DNA of 61,652 nt from a virus (Duplodnaviria; Caudoviricetes). The DNA lies in the IMG/VR virus record IMGVR_UViG_3300025011_000043, positions 1-61,652 of that record; one strand, written 5' to 3'. Each line of letters opens with the position of its first letter. Position 1 is the first letter of the stretch. The notes under the pieces are model-generated. The model did no database searches, was not told the DNA's origin, and saw only the letters and a program-made list of their open reading frames with translations. Position numbers and translations under genes: made by a program. This document shows positions 18,247-27,921 of the stretch, piece after piece.

Positions 18247-18329
18247 GTTCTTGTAGTGGGAGTGTCGACGCTCCGGGCGGTACCCGCCGCCCATACTGCA
18301 AATAAAAGGGGCTACTTGGGAGGTAGATT

Positions 18330-18563
18330 ATGTTGCGTGAAATTGAAATGTTAAAAGAAAGTAAAGAAAGCATTGAAAAAGTTTTTACTCAATTAGTAGG
18401 TGTATTATCTCCTGTTTTTCAGAAGCTGATGGAAGATATGAATTGCATTTTAAGAAATATGCGATTAAAACTAAGTAAAGAATATATAGAAGCTGGCAGT
18501 CCTTACGGAGAAAATGACGAGGGAATGTTGCGGTGGATTAAAGAGCGATATGAGATAATTTAA
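18330..18563 (+). CDS. Moron hypothetical protein
   Basis: AT-rich ORF with its own promoter, RBS GGAGGT and terminator. Confidence 0.7.
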   Translation: MLREIEMLKESKESIEKVFTQLVGVLSPVFQKLMEDMNCILRNMRLKLSKEYIEAGSPYGENDEGMLRWIKERYEII

Positions 18564-18566
18564 TAT

Positions 18567-18596
18567 AAAAAAGCACTCCTTCGGGGGTGTTTTTTT
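18567..18596 (+). terminator. Intrinsic terminator
   Basis: GCACTCC-TTCG-GGGGTGT followed by T run. Confidence 0.8.
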
Positions 18597-18620
18597 ATAT
18601 TTCTGAAATGAGGTGATAAT

Positions 18621-20585
18621 GTGGCAACAGTAATTTCAACTCCGGCAGAGCTTGACGCAATACGATCTGACCTTGCTGGTGATTACGTCCTGGGCGCTGA
18701 CATAGACCTAGCAGGATATGCAAACTGGGAACCGATAGGTACAGAATTAACACCTTTTACTGGAAAAATTGACGGATCTGTATACGACATATCAAACTTG
18801 ACCATTGACCGAGCGACTACTGACAATGTCGGTCTATTCGGTGTCTGTGAATTTAATGTGCTGGACAATAATCCGAATCTAATAAATATTACCATTACAG
18901 GTGTTAACGTCACAGGGAAAGATAACGTCGGTGCGCTGGCCGGTAAAATAACGACAAACCAGCAGGTATCACCGGAATTTGATTTGGCTTTGAATTGTTC
19001 TTCTGCCGGAGCAGTCGTTGGTGCCTCTAATGTCGGCGGTCTGATCGGTTTAGTTGAGGGCCCGGACAATGACGTTTTTGACGAGTACGACCCTATGGCT
19101 GGTTGTATCAATACTTGCTTCTCCGCAGCAGCGGTGTCAGGTAGCGGGAATAATATAGGCGGGCTAATTGGTCAAACAAAAGATATAAAAGCTTATAAAT
19201 CACATGCGTCCGGTGCTGTTGCTGGTGGCAATGTTGTCGGAGGACTGATTGGTTTAGAGGCAGGGAACGCCTTTAACGAGTTATGCTATGCCCTGGGAAA
19301 TGTAGCGGGAACAAAGGTTGCCGGGGGATTGGTGGGGGCGCATTTAGGAAGATCGCTATTGAAAAAATCCTATGCCGAAGGTGATGTTACCGGCACTGAG
19401 GATTATGCCGAGCCAGAAATTTGGGATACAAGTATGCTTGGCATTGGTGGACTTGTTGGATTTACAATCTTTGAGGGAATAGACAGATGCTACGCTTTGG
19501 GTGACGTAGTCGGATTTCACCGTGTCGGTGGTCTAGTTGGTGCAGGAACCGGCGGAGGATACCGTTCACCAAACATTCAAAGCTCATTTGCCCAGGGTAA
19601 TGTATCCGGAGTCAGTCAGGTCGGTGGTCTTATAGGGTATGTGTTCCCAAGTTATTTAGATTTTAGAGATATATATTGCACTGGTTCGGTCACAGCAACA
19701 CGAAACAAGGGCGCTATTATCGGCCTTCGTGGCGCTCCGTACTTCCCTAATGACCCGATAGGTGAAGTCATTTATCAATCACCGGCATATTACAACTCAG
19801 ACACAAACACAGCTCCAAATACCAATGGGGGCGAAGGTAAAACCACTGCTGAATTGCAGCTAGAAGAAACGTATACAGAGGACTGGATGTCGTTTGATTA
19901 TTACTTTGTGATTGATCTGGACGAAAGCACTTACCCTATTTTGAAGGTATTCTATGACCCGCTTGGGATAGTTATTTCAGCGGTTAAAGGCACGACAGCG
20001 CAAGGGCTTGTTTGTGCCTACACGATTGATGGAGTAGCTTATTACCGAAAATTTGACGGTGTATCCTGGGCGGCAGAGGTTGAGGTGGATGACCTGCCTA
20101 CCGGAGTCGATACCCTGAACACGTTTAAAACCAACGATGATCGTATAGGCTTTGTGACTGACGTTGACGGTGTCATGAGTTGGGCGTTAACCCAGCAGGA
20201 TAGCTTGACCGTCGAATATACCAAAACACTACCTCCCGGCACTGGCGGCAATCTAATCCAAACTACCGATGATACACCAAAACTATACTTTGTCAACGCT
20301 GTGCAGTCACTTTCAAAATCAGACGCAGTTTTTTCTGGTGATTGGTCTGCTCTTGCGTTTGGTGCTGTAACCAACATGGCCTCTGACAACTATATCTCCA
20401 AACTGATTGCAAAGCACTTTGACGGTAAAACTTGGCTTGCTTGGCGTTCCAGAGGGCAACATAGGATTTTATCCCAGGACGAGGCAGCTGACGTAGGGGA
20501 AACGCTACAGCTAATTAGTGGCAGTATTACACTTCGGCAGGATACTCCGGTTGTGCAAGTTACTTTAGAAATACCGAGTTTTTAG
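18621..20585 (+). CDS. GLUG-motif tail protein
   Basis: Y.LGADIDL..W.PIG..FTG.IDG start and many VGGLIG/VGGLVG repeats. Confidence 0.8.
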   Translation: MATVISTPAELDAIRSDLAGDYVLGADIDLAGYANWEPIGTELTPFTGKIDGSVYDISNLTIDRATTDNVGLFGVCEFNVLDNNPNLINITITGVNVTGKDNVGALAGKITTNQQVSPEFDLALNCSSAGAVVGASNVGGLIGLVEGPDNDVFDEYDPMAGCINTCFSAAAVSGSGNNIGGLIGQTKDIKAYKSHASGAVAGGNVVGGLIGLEAGNAFNELCYALGNVAGTKVAGGLVGAHLGRSLLKKSYAEGDVTGTEDYAEPEIWDTSMLGIGGLVGFTIFEGIDRCYALGDVVGFHRVGGLVGAGTGGGYRSPNIQSSFAQGNVSGVSQVGGLIGYVFPSYLDFRDIYCTGSVTATRNKGAIIGLRGAPYFPNDPIGEVIYQSPAYYNSDTNTAPNTNGGEGKTTAELQLEETYTEDWMSFDYYFVIDLDESTYPILKVFYDPLGIVISAVKGTTAQGLVCAYTIDGVAYYRKFDGVSWAAEVEVDDLPTGVDTLNTFKTNDDRIGFVTDVDGVMSWALTQQDSLTVEYTKTLPPGTGGNLIQTTDDTPKLYFVNAVQSLSKSDAVFSGDWSALAFGAVTNMASDNYISKLIAKHFDGKTWLAWRSRGQHRILSQDEAADVGETLQLISGSITLRQDTPVVQVTLEIPSF

Positions 20586-20603
20586 GGCGGGAGGTGATTC
20601 GGG

Positions 20604-22220
20604 ATGATTGGTGTTAAATTTAAAGGTACGACTGGCAGTTATATAGATTTTGGTCGATCATCTGACTATAACCTTCAAAATTTCACGTTAGTTTTTGAAA
20701 TATTTGTTCCAAGTGCAGTATCACCTGAAGGAACTATATTCTTCTGTAATTCTGTGAAATGGGGATTTTCTAACCAGCGTTCTGGTTATTATATGGCGTT
20801 AAGTAGCAATAGCGTACCCCAATTTGCATTTCTTACAGCGTCTAATGCCGGTGATGTTGATTATGGTCATTACGCAACGAGTCCAGATAGTATACCTACG
20901 GATAGACCTGTTTCCGTGATTGCTACTTTGACGAACGGCAGAAAAGGTCGGATATATGTTGATGGGGTACTAAAAGGTGAATCAATAACAACAACTGAAG
21001 CAGTACAATATACTAGCTCAGGTGGGGCAACTGCAATGGGTTTGGTGTGGGAGGAAATTTCTATAAAAAACATGCCATACCCAGGCATTATTGGATATGC
21101 AAGGCTATATAACAGGGTTCTTAGTGATGCAGAGATATTACAAGCTAAAAATGGAACTAGGTTAATGGATGGTCTGGTCGCTGAGTGGATGTTAGACGAA
21201 GGTAGCGGAACAACTGCTTATGATACTTTTGGTACAAGAGATGGAACAATAGTAAATGCAGATTGGGTGATTTATGAAGAGCCTGTGCCAGATGAAATAA
21301 TACCCAACTACCCGCCAGCCTCAAAAATACAGTTAAGATTCAAGGCAGGAGACAGCGATCCATTACCGATGGGTATATATTATGTTGACAGGATGCAGTT
21401 CGAAGTTGGTCAAGGGAGTGCCAGCGTAGATGCCCGAAACTCAATCGGAAAATATCTCAAAGACCAGACTTTCGATGAGAGAAATATTTACACTCCAACG
21501 ACGGTACAAGCTTTACTTACTCAAATCCTCACGGGCGCAGGCATAACTAACTACCATGTCGGAGCCGAAACAACCGAGCTAGGCATGGAATTTTCACCAA
21601 GTCAGGACATCATGAGCGGCATCAACGACGTTTTAACGACCGTCAGGGACTGGCAGATTCGAGAGGAAATAGCTGACGGTAAAGTAGTTGTGGCAGAGAG
21701 AACAGACGCAGCGTTTACGCAACTGGGGAAGTACACATTCTATCGAAGTAAGGACGTTTTTTCAAGGTCAGTTACTAAAGACGATGGGCAAACCTATGGC
21801 CGGGTGTGTGTGCATACCTCAGATTTTGCGGTCAAAGTATATAGGCCTGTATCATCGTCGCTTGGCTGGCTACCTCCGGCACAGAAAACACTATACCAAC
21901 AGGCACCGGATGGCACAACTCCGATGGCAGCGGCGGCTTTAGCCACTGAGATAGCTGAACAACTTAGCAATTCCGGAGAAGTTGAAGAATTCGTTGGCCC
22001 TATCAGACCACAACTGATGCCCGGAGATCAGGCCGAGATTATTGACGATGACGGTCCGAGATTGGTGGGCGTTATCACAACGGTCACACATGGCTTTGGC
22101 TTGGATGGGTTTTATACCAGTTTTACCGTTGATTCGGGCGGTAAGATTAATAAGCCACAACTATCTGACTATTTAAGGCAGATTTCGGCGGGGACAGTTA
22201 AATCTAAGATTACGTCTTAG
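20604..22220 (+). CDS. LamG domain plus baseplate hub-like tail protein
   Basis: IYVDG..RLYNRVLSDAEI..W.LDEGSGTTAYD then hub-like C-terminal half (PQLMPGD). Confidence 0.75.
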   Translation: MIGVKFKGTTGSYIDFGRSSDYNLQNFTLVFEIFVPSAVSPEGTIFFCNSVKWGFSNQRSGYYMALSSNSVPQFAFLTASNAGDVDYGHYATSPDSIPTDRPVSVIATLTNGRKGRIYVDGVLKGESITTTEAVQYTSSGGATAMGLVWEEISIKNMPYPGIIGYARLYNRVLSDAEILQAKNGTRLMDGLVAEWMLDEGSGTTAYDTFGTRDGTIVNADWVIYEEPVPDEIIPNYPPASKIQLRFKAGDSDPLPMGIYYVDRMQFEVGQGSASVDARNSIGKYLKDQTFDERNIYTPTTVQALLTQILTGAGITNYHVGAETTELGMEFSPSQDIMSGINDVLTTVRDWQIREEIADGKVVVAERTDAAFTQLGKYTFYRSKDVFSRSVTKDDGQTYGRVCVHTSDFAVKVYRPVSSSLGWLPPAQKTLYQQAPDGTTPMAAAALATEIAEQLSNSGEVEEFVGPIRPQLMPGDQAEIIDDDGPRLVGVITTVTHGFGLDGFYTSFTVDSGGKINKPQLSDYLRQISAGTVKSKITS

Positions 22221-22284
22221 GTATACAAAAAGTATACAAGTATACCTATGTATACCTCAGTAAAATCAAGGCACGAAAGTATAC
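22221..22284. repeat. Five copies of the palindrome GTATAC
   Basis: At 22221, 22232, 22240, 22250, 22279. Confidence 0.7.
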
Positions 22285-22325
22285 CTCCAAACGGGGGTTA
22301 TTTTAATTTAAACAGGAGGTGCAAG

Positions 22326-22745
22326 ATGGAAAATTCTTTTAAAACTTTAGCAGCAGTAAGTGGGGCGGCAGTATCGTTTTTCTTTGGTGGCTGGTCAACG
22401 CTGCTTGGGGTGTTGCTGGCCTTTGTGGTCATGGACTACCTATCAGGCATGGTGGCGGCTGCCATCGAAGGAGTGCTGTCAAGCTCCGTAGGACTTCGCG
22501 GAATAGCCCGAAAAGTTTTTATTTTCGGCATGGTGGCAGTTGCCCACCTGGTCGATACAGCTATTGCAGACGGCCATGTTTTTCGGGATGCAACGATATT
22601 TTTCTACCTGGCTAACGAGCTTTTGAGCATAGTCGAAAATTCCGGCCGCATTGGTCTGCCGGTGCCTGATATTATCAGGCAGGCTGTGGAGATTTTGAAA
22701 GGAAAGTCTAAGGAGGTAGGCAAAGATGAAAATAAAACCGTTTAA
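22326..22745 (+). CDS. Holin (phage holin family 4-like)
   Basis: DYLSG..SSVGLRGIARK..FFYLANELLSIVEN.GRIGLPVP; RBS AGGAGG before ATG 22326. Confidence 0.92.
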   Translation: MENSFKTLAAVSGAAVSFFFGGWSTLLGVLLAFVVMDYLSGMVAAAIEGVLSSSVGLRGIARKVFIFGMVAVAHLVDTAIADGHVFRDATIFFYLANELLSIVENSGRIGLPVPDIIRQAVEILKGKSKEVGKDENKTV

Positions 22746-23325
22746 CTGGGGCGACAGAACAAAGCATTTTATCCCGCTGAAAGCTGTCAACTATCTGGTT
22801 ATACACCATACCGAAAGCCATGACGTACCTGCCACAGAGATCGATAAATGGCACAAAGACGGTAGAGGCTGGCTTGGTATCGGGTACCATTTTTTAATCA
22901 GAACTGACGGAAGTATAGAGCAGGGCAGGCCTGAGAACGTTGTCGGGGCGCATACCCTTAATTATAACAGCCAGTCAATTGGTATTTGTTTGACAGGTAA
23001 GTTTATGACTAACAAGCCTACGCCTGCACAAATGGATGCGTTGGAGGAATTGTTGACAGCCCTCCGGGGTAGGCACCCACAAGCCAAGATAGTCAGGCAC
23101 GGGGATTTGCAAGCCACATCTTGTCCAGGTAGTTTATTTCCCTGGCAGGAATTACAGGACAGGCTTAACCGGCCCGATGATGCCGTTAGTGTTATTGCCG
23201 GTGGTCAGAAACTTGCCGGTAAGTTGATTGACGGTCAAACATGGATCCCGCTACGGCCAGTTTTAGAGGCTTTGGGACATAAAGTTACCTGGGACGGTGA
23301 GACTAGAAAGGTTACGGTGGAATAA
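22726..23325 (+). CDS. Endolysin, N-acetylmuramoyl-L-alanine amidase (Amidase_2) with C-terminal copper-amine-oxidase-like domain
   Basis: VIHHT, GIGYHF, GAH, SIGICL.G, H.DL.ATSCPG; C-terminal TWIPLR.V.EALG..V.WD. Confidence 0.93.
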   Translation: MKIKPFNWGDRTKHFIPLKAVNYLVIHHTESHDVPATEIDKWHKDGRGWLGIGYHFLIRTDGSIEQGRPENVVGAHTLNYNSQSIGICLTGKFMTNKPTPAQMDALEELLTALRGRHPQAKIVRHGDLQATSCPGSLFPWQELQDRLNRPDDAVSVIAGGQKLAGKLIDGQTWIPLRPVLEALGHKVTWDGETRKVTVE

Positions 23326-23326
23326 T

Positions 23327-23599
23327 ATGCCTAAAGCAGAGGAATTAAAAAATCAGAGCGGTGAATTTGGCGGTTATATAATATTTTGCCCAGGGTGCAA
23401 TACTCACCACTTATTCGATAGCAGATGGAGTTTTAACGGAGATTTTGAAAAACCCACATTTTCACCATCTATGCTGGTAAATAATCATGACCCAAAATCA
23501 AGGTGCCACAGTTTTGTTGCGGATGGAAAAATACAGTTTTTGAATGACTGTTTCCACCGCTATGCGGGCAAAACATTGGATCTGGAAGATATAGAATAG
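23327..23599 (+). CDS. Small Zn-binding protein (DUF6527-like)
   Basis: FCPGC..H..W.FNGD.EKPTFSPS..CHSF..DG.IQFL.DC.H. Confidence 0.7.
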   Translation: MPKAEELKNQSGEFGGYIIFCPGCNTHHLFDSRWSFNGDFEKPTFSPSMLVNNHDPKSRCHSFVADGKIQFLNDCFHRYAGKTLDLEDIE

Positions 23600-23629
23600 T
23601 TAAAAATAGCATAACGCGAATTACTTTCA

Positions 23630-23661
23630 TGCCTTCCCTAACCGGAGGGCTTTTTTATTTT
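23630..23661 (+). terminator. Late operon terminator
   Basis: GCCTTCC/GGAGGGC stem and T run. Confidence 0.7.
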
Positions 23662-23729
23662 GCCCTGCAAGCCGCGTATTTGCTGGGTTTTTAGATTTTC
23701 TATTCGGTGAAATATTTCTCTGAAAGGTG

Positions 23730-23778
23730 TTGACATCCCGAATAAGGGATGCTATAATAAGTTATACCCGAAAACGGG
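23730..23778 (+). promoter_or_regulatory. Consensus sigmaA promoter with two operators
   Basis: TTGACA-N17-TATAAT with extended TG; CATCCC-N6-GGGATG in spacer and CCCGAAAACGGG downstream. Confidence 0.85.
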
Positions 23779-23809
23779 ACGGAAAATAAACAGCCGGGAG
23801 GGCGAACAA

Positions 23810-24205
23810 ATGAAAATCAACAGAAGCCAGATTATGAAAAGAGCACACGAAATAGCAAAAACTTTGGTTGGCGACTGGTACGCTAGATTAGCTTTAGCCC
23901 TCCGCCAGGCTTGGATGGAGGCAAAGACTATCGTGACTAAGGCAATAGAAACTGCAGCTAAAGTAAAATGCGGATTAACCGGAGTAGTAGTAACCGAGTG
24001 TTACGAAATCAAGGATACACTTAAAATAGCTGGATTTTATTACTTAGACAAAACCTGGAGAATGGACACACCGCAGGAAATTATTAAAACTAAGGACCAA
24101 GAAAAAGGAATGGCTTTCTTAGCTGCAGGACTTAAAAAGGCTATAGCAGCAGGCGCAAAACCGGCAGGCGACCAAGTAACCCAGTACGTTTTAACTCTTA
24201 TCTAA
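23810..24205 (+). CDS. Hypothetical protein, IMKRAH N-terminal domain (paralog A)
   Basis: First ~40 aa nearly identical to 27494..27904. Confidence 0.75.
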   Translation: MKINRSQIMKRAHEIAKTLVGDWYARLALALRQAWMEAKTIVTKAIETAAKVKCGLTGVVVTECYEIKDTLKIAGFYYLDKTWRMDTPQEIIKTKDQEKGMAFLAAGLKKAIAAGAKPAGDQVTQYVLTLI

Positions 24206-24254
24206 ATAATTAGGATGGCCGGGAGCCAATCCCGGCAGAGGGAGGGTTTTATAG

Positions 24255-24700
24255 ATGCAGTTTATCGTATATGAGGGCGACGTTATACTGTTTGATGGTG
24301 TCAATATACCAGATGCAGTTACAGGTTTGTTATACGCATACGGTCAAGACTGGATTGTAGTTGATGCAGCGGACGAGGGTGACGCATTAGATCAGGCAAA
24401 ACTTTTTGATGCTGGGCAGCATCCGGCAAATACTGAAATGACTTTATTTGCTGCAACGTTTACCAGTATGTATAAAAATAACGAGGCAGCAGCTCTGGCT
24501 TGGGCAGGTTGGGAAATCCCACTGGGAAAGTAGTTACCGCCTCCGAAGCTGCAGAGCTTTGGGGGTTTGATGTAAGCACAGTCAAAAGAGCCTGCCTGAA
24601 TAGCAGATTCCATCCGCACGAAGCCAGGAAGTCAGGAGGTACTTGGTTGGTTACGCTGGCAGGGATGCGGCGGGTGTACGGGGAAAAGCCGGGTGAATAG
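24255..24700 (+). CDS. Hypothetical domain fused to HTH via probable -1 frameshift
   Basis: G GGA AAG TAG at 24524-24533; -1 frame gives VVTASEAAELWG...RKSGGTWLV HTH. Confidence 0.7.
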
Positions 24701-24909
24701 CCCGGTTGCCTGAAAAGGAAATAAAAATTCCTTCAGGGCGGTTTATAATATAAATAACAGCCGGGGCTAAGAATACTGGCTGGTTACTGCGGACAACGAA
24801 CCTGCATGGCCGCATAACTTAGCAAACAGAGAATATTAGTCTTCCCCGGTTCACGGCGGCACCCGGACAAAAGCTGCCTACCAGTAAAATAATAAAAGGA
24901 GGAATTTTA

Positions 24910-25251
24910 ATGAAATCCAGCCTTGGTAGAGCAATGGAACAAAAGTTTGGCGGAAAAGAACTACTTCGCTATATTCCACCTGTTAGCATTAGGGACTTTA
25001 AGCCTAAAAATCCCTATGCGAGAATTGTAAGTCCTGTAATAGTTCATGGTAAGTCATTGGTGAATACCCACTGGATTGCCGAAATCATAGTCAAAGACAA
25101 AGATTCCGGTATGGAAAAGTCGGGTGAATTTATTACCACCGCTGATAGTAAGAAGCAAGCAGTATATAACATACTGCATTATTATTACATGTTTCGCGAA
25201 GGGGCGAATAGTGGATGGGATCGCTATTGGGAAAGATATCTAGGACAATAA
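24910..25251 (+). CDS. Hypothetical protein
   Basis: RBS AAGGAGG; followed by terminator at 25257-25284. Confidence 0.7.
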   Translation: MKSSLGRAMEQKFGGKELLRYIPPVSIRDFKPKNPYARIVSPVIVHGKSLVNTHWIAEIIVKDKDSGMEKSGEFITTADSKKQAVYNILHYYYMFREGANSGWDRYWERYLGQ

Positions 25252-25573
25252 TATTTGGCCGCCTCCGGGCGGTTTTTTTTTTTTGCCCAAAACCGGAATA
25301 TATCAGAACGCTGATGAATAGCTTTTGAGTAACGGAACGCGCAAGCGTGAGTAACGCAAAAAAAAGCAGTAGAGCAACTCCGGCCTTACTGCTTTTTACT
25401 GTTTTCGGCGGCTTTTTTGAGGGTTTTATCGGCTATATCTTTGGCGGCTTTGTTGATGTCGTAGCTGTCGCGGTCACAACTGCTTTTCAATTTGTCTATT
25501 ACGACAAACATTATTATCACCTCTAAAAGTGATTATGCCCGAAACAAAGTAAGCATATACTAAACAATAGGAG

Positions 25574-25981
25574 GTGGGTATTTTGAGCTTTAAGTGGGTT
25601 GGGATATCTGAGGACACGGCAGAAACATTATCAGCTTTGCTCAAAAAAGCCAAAAAGCATAACCCGGAGCTTACTGAAACATCTTTTATTGAGCACATTA
25701 TTTGTGATTGGTTGGAACCTTATAGGCAGGGGAAAGAGAATTCAAAGCTGACCAAAGGTAAAGTTGTCATTAGAAATAACCTTAAGCAGGCGCTTAAACA
25801 GTCCGGTAAAAAGCAAATAGACATAGCTGAGCAGGTTGGTATTAATAGAGCATACCTTGGGCAGTTAATGGCCGGAAAATACGAACCGTCCCTTGCCGTA
25901 GCTTACCTAATTGTTAATGCGCTTGGTTATCCACCGGAAAAAATAACAGACATATTTTATCTCGAACCTACTGAGGAATAA
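25574..25981 (+). CDS. XRE-family HTH regulator
   Basis: KQIDIAEQVGINRAYLGQL..G.YEPSL..A..I. Confidence 0.8.
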   Translation: MGILSFKWVGISEDTAETLSALLKKAKKHNPELTETSFIEHIICDWLEPYRQGKENSKLTKGKVVIRNNLKQALKQSGKKQIDIAEQVGINRAYLGQLMAGKYEPSLAVAYLIVNALGYPPEKITDIFYLEPTEE

Positions 25982-26096
25982 ATTACCTCTGGTAGGTTTT
26001 ATTTTTTTTATCATAACGGACAAGCAGTAAAACATAATACTAAAATACAAACTTAAAATGATCGGTTTACTTAACATCTTGAAAGGTGGTTATCGC

Positions 26097-26669
26097 ATGA
26101 TCATAAAAATCAACGGAACTCCAATAAACTACCGCAAAACAGCGGAAAGACCAGTTAAAAACGAGGCTTTCAACTGGCAGGCCAAAAAAGCTACTGCCAT
26201 ACAGGTAAGGCCTGAATCATCCCCGGTAGCAGTCACCAAGCCAGAGCCAAAAACTGAGACTTTACGCGACAGACTGGCCCGCATCCGTGAGGCCGCCAAA
26301 CGACATATACTACCGCTGACTACAGGCATAAACCTCTTGGCAACTGCCCCAATATCAGCTGTGACAGGGCAGTACAGTGTAGCAGCAACAACCCAGGCCG
26401 TACCAGTGGCCGCAACTACGTATATGGGCATAGCTCCAGCACTACAGCCGGTTATTTCCATGCTTCAGGAGTTAGCTTTACCTGTCGGGATAGGCATGGC
26501 TATTTGGGGGCTTATAGAGATTATTATCGGCAATCCAGGAGGCAAAGACAAGATTAAATACGCCATGCTTGGGTATATCGGTGTATTCGTTATCCCGTAC
26601 TTTTTCTATCAGATTAAAGGGGCGCTCAGTGTTATGCCGCTGGCAATGGCCCTGCTGGGGGTGGCGTAA
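26097..26669 (+). CDS. Membrane protein with TrbC/VirB2 pilin-like C-terminus
   Basis: PVISMLQELALPV..TM..GKDKIKYAMLGY..TM pattern. Confidence 0.6.
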   Translation: MIIKINGTPINYRKTAERPVKNEAFNWQAKKATAIQVRPESSPVAVTKPEPKTETLRDRLARIREAAKRHILPLTTGINLLATAPISAVTGQYSVAATTQAVPVAATTYMGIAPALQPVISMLQELALPVGIGMAIWGLIEIIIGNPGGKDKIKYAMLGYIGVFVIPYFFYQIKGALSVMPLAMALLGVA

Positions 26670-26903
26670 TTGCCTGCTGTTGCTGCTTGGCTTGTCGCTG
26701 CTGGGCTTAAAAAAGTCGCTGGCTGGGTTGCTGTCATCGCCGGAGCTGGGACAGCGTTCTACTACTATTCGTTTGAAATCTGCCTGATGGGTGCCATGGT
26801 GTCATTGTTTTTCAGTATGTTTGGCTTTTTGCTGGCCCGGAAGGGTGTGTTATTTTCGGTCGCGTTGTATATTGTGGCGCAGGTGCTGGGGAAATCATTA
26901 TAG
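26670..26903 (+). CDS. Small membrane protein
   Basis: Three hydrophobic segments; adjacent to pilin-like gene. Confidence 0.65.
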   Translation: MPAVAAWLVAAGLKKVAGWVAVIAGAGTAFYYYSFEICLMGAMVSLFFSMFGFLLARKGVLFSVALYIVAQVLGKSL

Positions 26904-26914
26904 GAGGGGTATTG

Positions 26915-27019
26915 ATGTTATTTGACCTTTGTTATTTTGGATTGATATGCGCTTGTTTGGGTGGTTTTGCGGTTGTTATATTCGGGCCTTATGTTAGGAA
27001 AATAAAAAACCGCCCTTAG
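26915..27019 (+). CDS. Small membrane peptide (34 aa)
   Basis: RBS AGGAGGGG; MLFDLCYFGLICACLGGFAVVIFGPYVRKIKNRP. Confidence 0.45.
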   Translation: MLFDLCYFGLICACLGGFAVVIFGPYVRKIKNRP

Positions 27020-27161
27020 GCGGCTATAAGTAACAATCCCAAGAATCTTTTCCTGTGGTATACATCCATAGGGTTTCCTCTGTTGCTAAAAACCAGCCTT
27101 TTGCCCACGGAACAAAATTACAGTAGTCGTTGGAAGGTGTAGATTAAAACGGTGTTTTCCA

Positions 27162-27494
27162 TTATTCTTCCTCCTTTTTATTTTTAGGATTAGGGTGATC
27201 CTTCGGTATAACCCAAGTTTTCCCGATTTTCCGGGAAGTGATTTTACCAGCAGCACACAGATTTTTGATTGTGCCGGGAGCGAGGCCCCATAGTTCGGCA
27301 GCCTCTTCAACTCCCATGATTTTTTCCAATTCACTCGGCCAAACGTCGTGCTGAATAGCATATTCTGCCTGTTCTACTTTCTCGAAGTAGCCCCAGGTAG
27401 TGGGCTTTGGTTCGGTGAGGTGTAACTGCTGACTCCTGCTGACAGTGCAGATGCTTGTAGTTCCGTCCGGCATCTTCTCGGCGTAGAATCTCAT
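27162..27494 (-). CDS. HTH_17-like DNA-binding protein
   Basis: IMGVEEAAELWGLAPGTIKNLCAAGKI..RKIGKTWVI. Confidence 0.8.
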   Translation of the reverse strand: MRFYAEKMPDGTTSICTVSRSQQLHLTEPKPTTWGYFEKVEQAEYAIQHDVWPSELEKIMGVEEAAELWGLAPGTIKNLCAAGKITSRKIGKTWVIPKDHPNPKNKKEEE

Positions 27495-27904
27495 TAAATT
27501 ATCCCTCCTCGTTCCTTTGTGATACTGGGAACGTAGATGTTAACAAGTTCTTGCACACGTTCGGTTGTGATTCTAGAATTTTGAGTGTTAACTGTCAATG
27601 TACCGTTGGCGTACTCGGCAGTACACTTTTCGTTCAACATACCGAACTGCTGTAGTTGCTCAGCGTCATCGGCAATAGCTTTTGTCAGCGTTACGTGTCC
27701 AGGAACCATTTCGTACTTACCGCGGCGAACCATGCGGCGGTATTCGGTTTCTACTATTGTGCGCTGTTCTGGTGTTAAGGTTATTTTAATCATTGTTTTT
27801 GCCTCCCTCCAGGCTTGGCGGAGGGCAAGAGCTAAGCGAGCGTAGTAGTCGCCGATTAAAGTTTTTGCTATTTGATGTGCTCTTTTCATAATTTTGGATT
27901 TCAT
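27494..27904 (-). CDS. Hypothetical protein, IMKRAH N-terminal domain (paralog B)
   Basis: Shares N-terminus with 23810..24205. Confidence 0.75.
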   Translation of the reverse strand: MKSKIMKRAHQIAKTLIGDYYARLALALRQAWREAKTMIKITLTPEQRTIVETEYRRMVRRGKYEMVPGHVTLTKAIADDAEQLQQFGMLNEKCTAEYANGTLTVNTQNSRITTERVQELVNIYVPSITKERGGII

Positions 27905-27921
27905 GTTCTCGCCCTCCGTCT

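Noticed and set aside
18621-22220. Diversity-generating retroelement or invertible tail-fibre system
   Set aside because: No reverse transcriptase, invertase or TR/VR pair seen by eye
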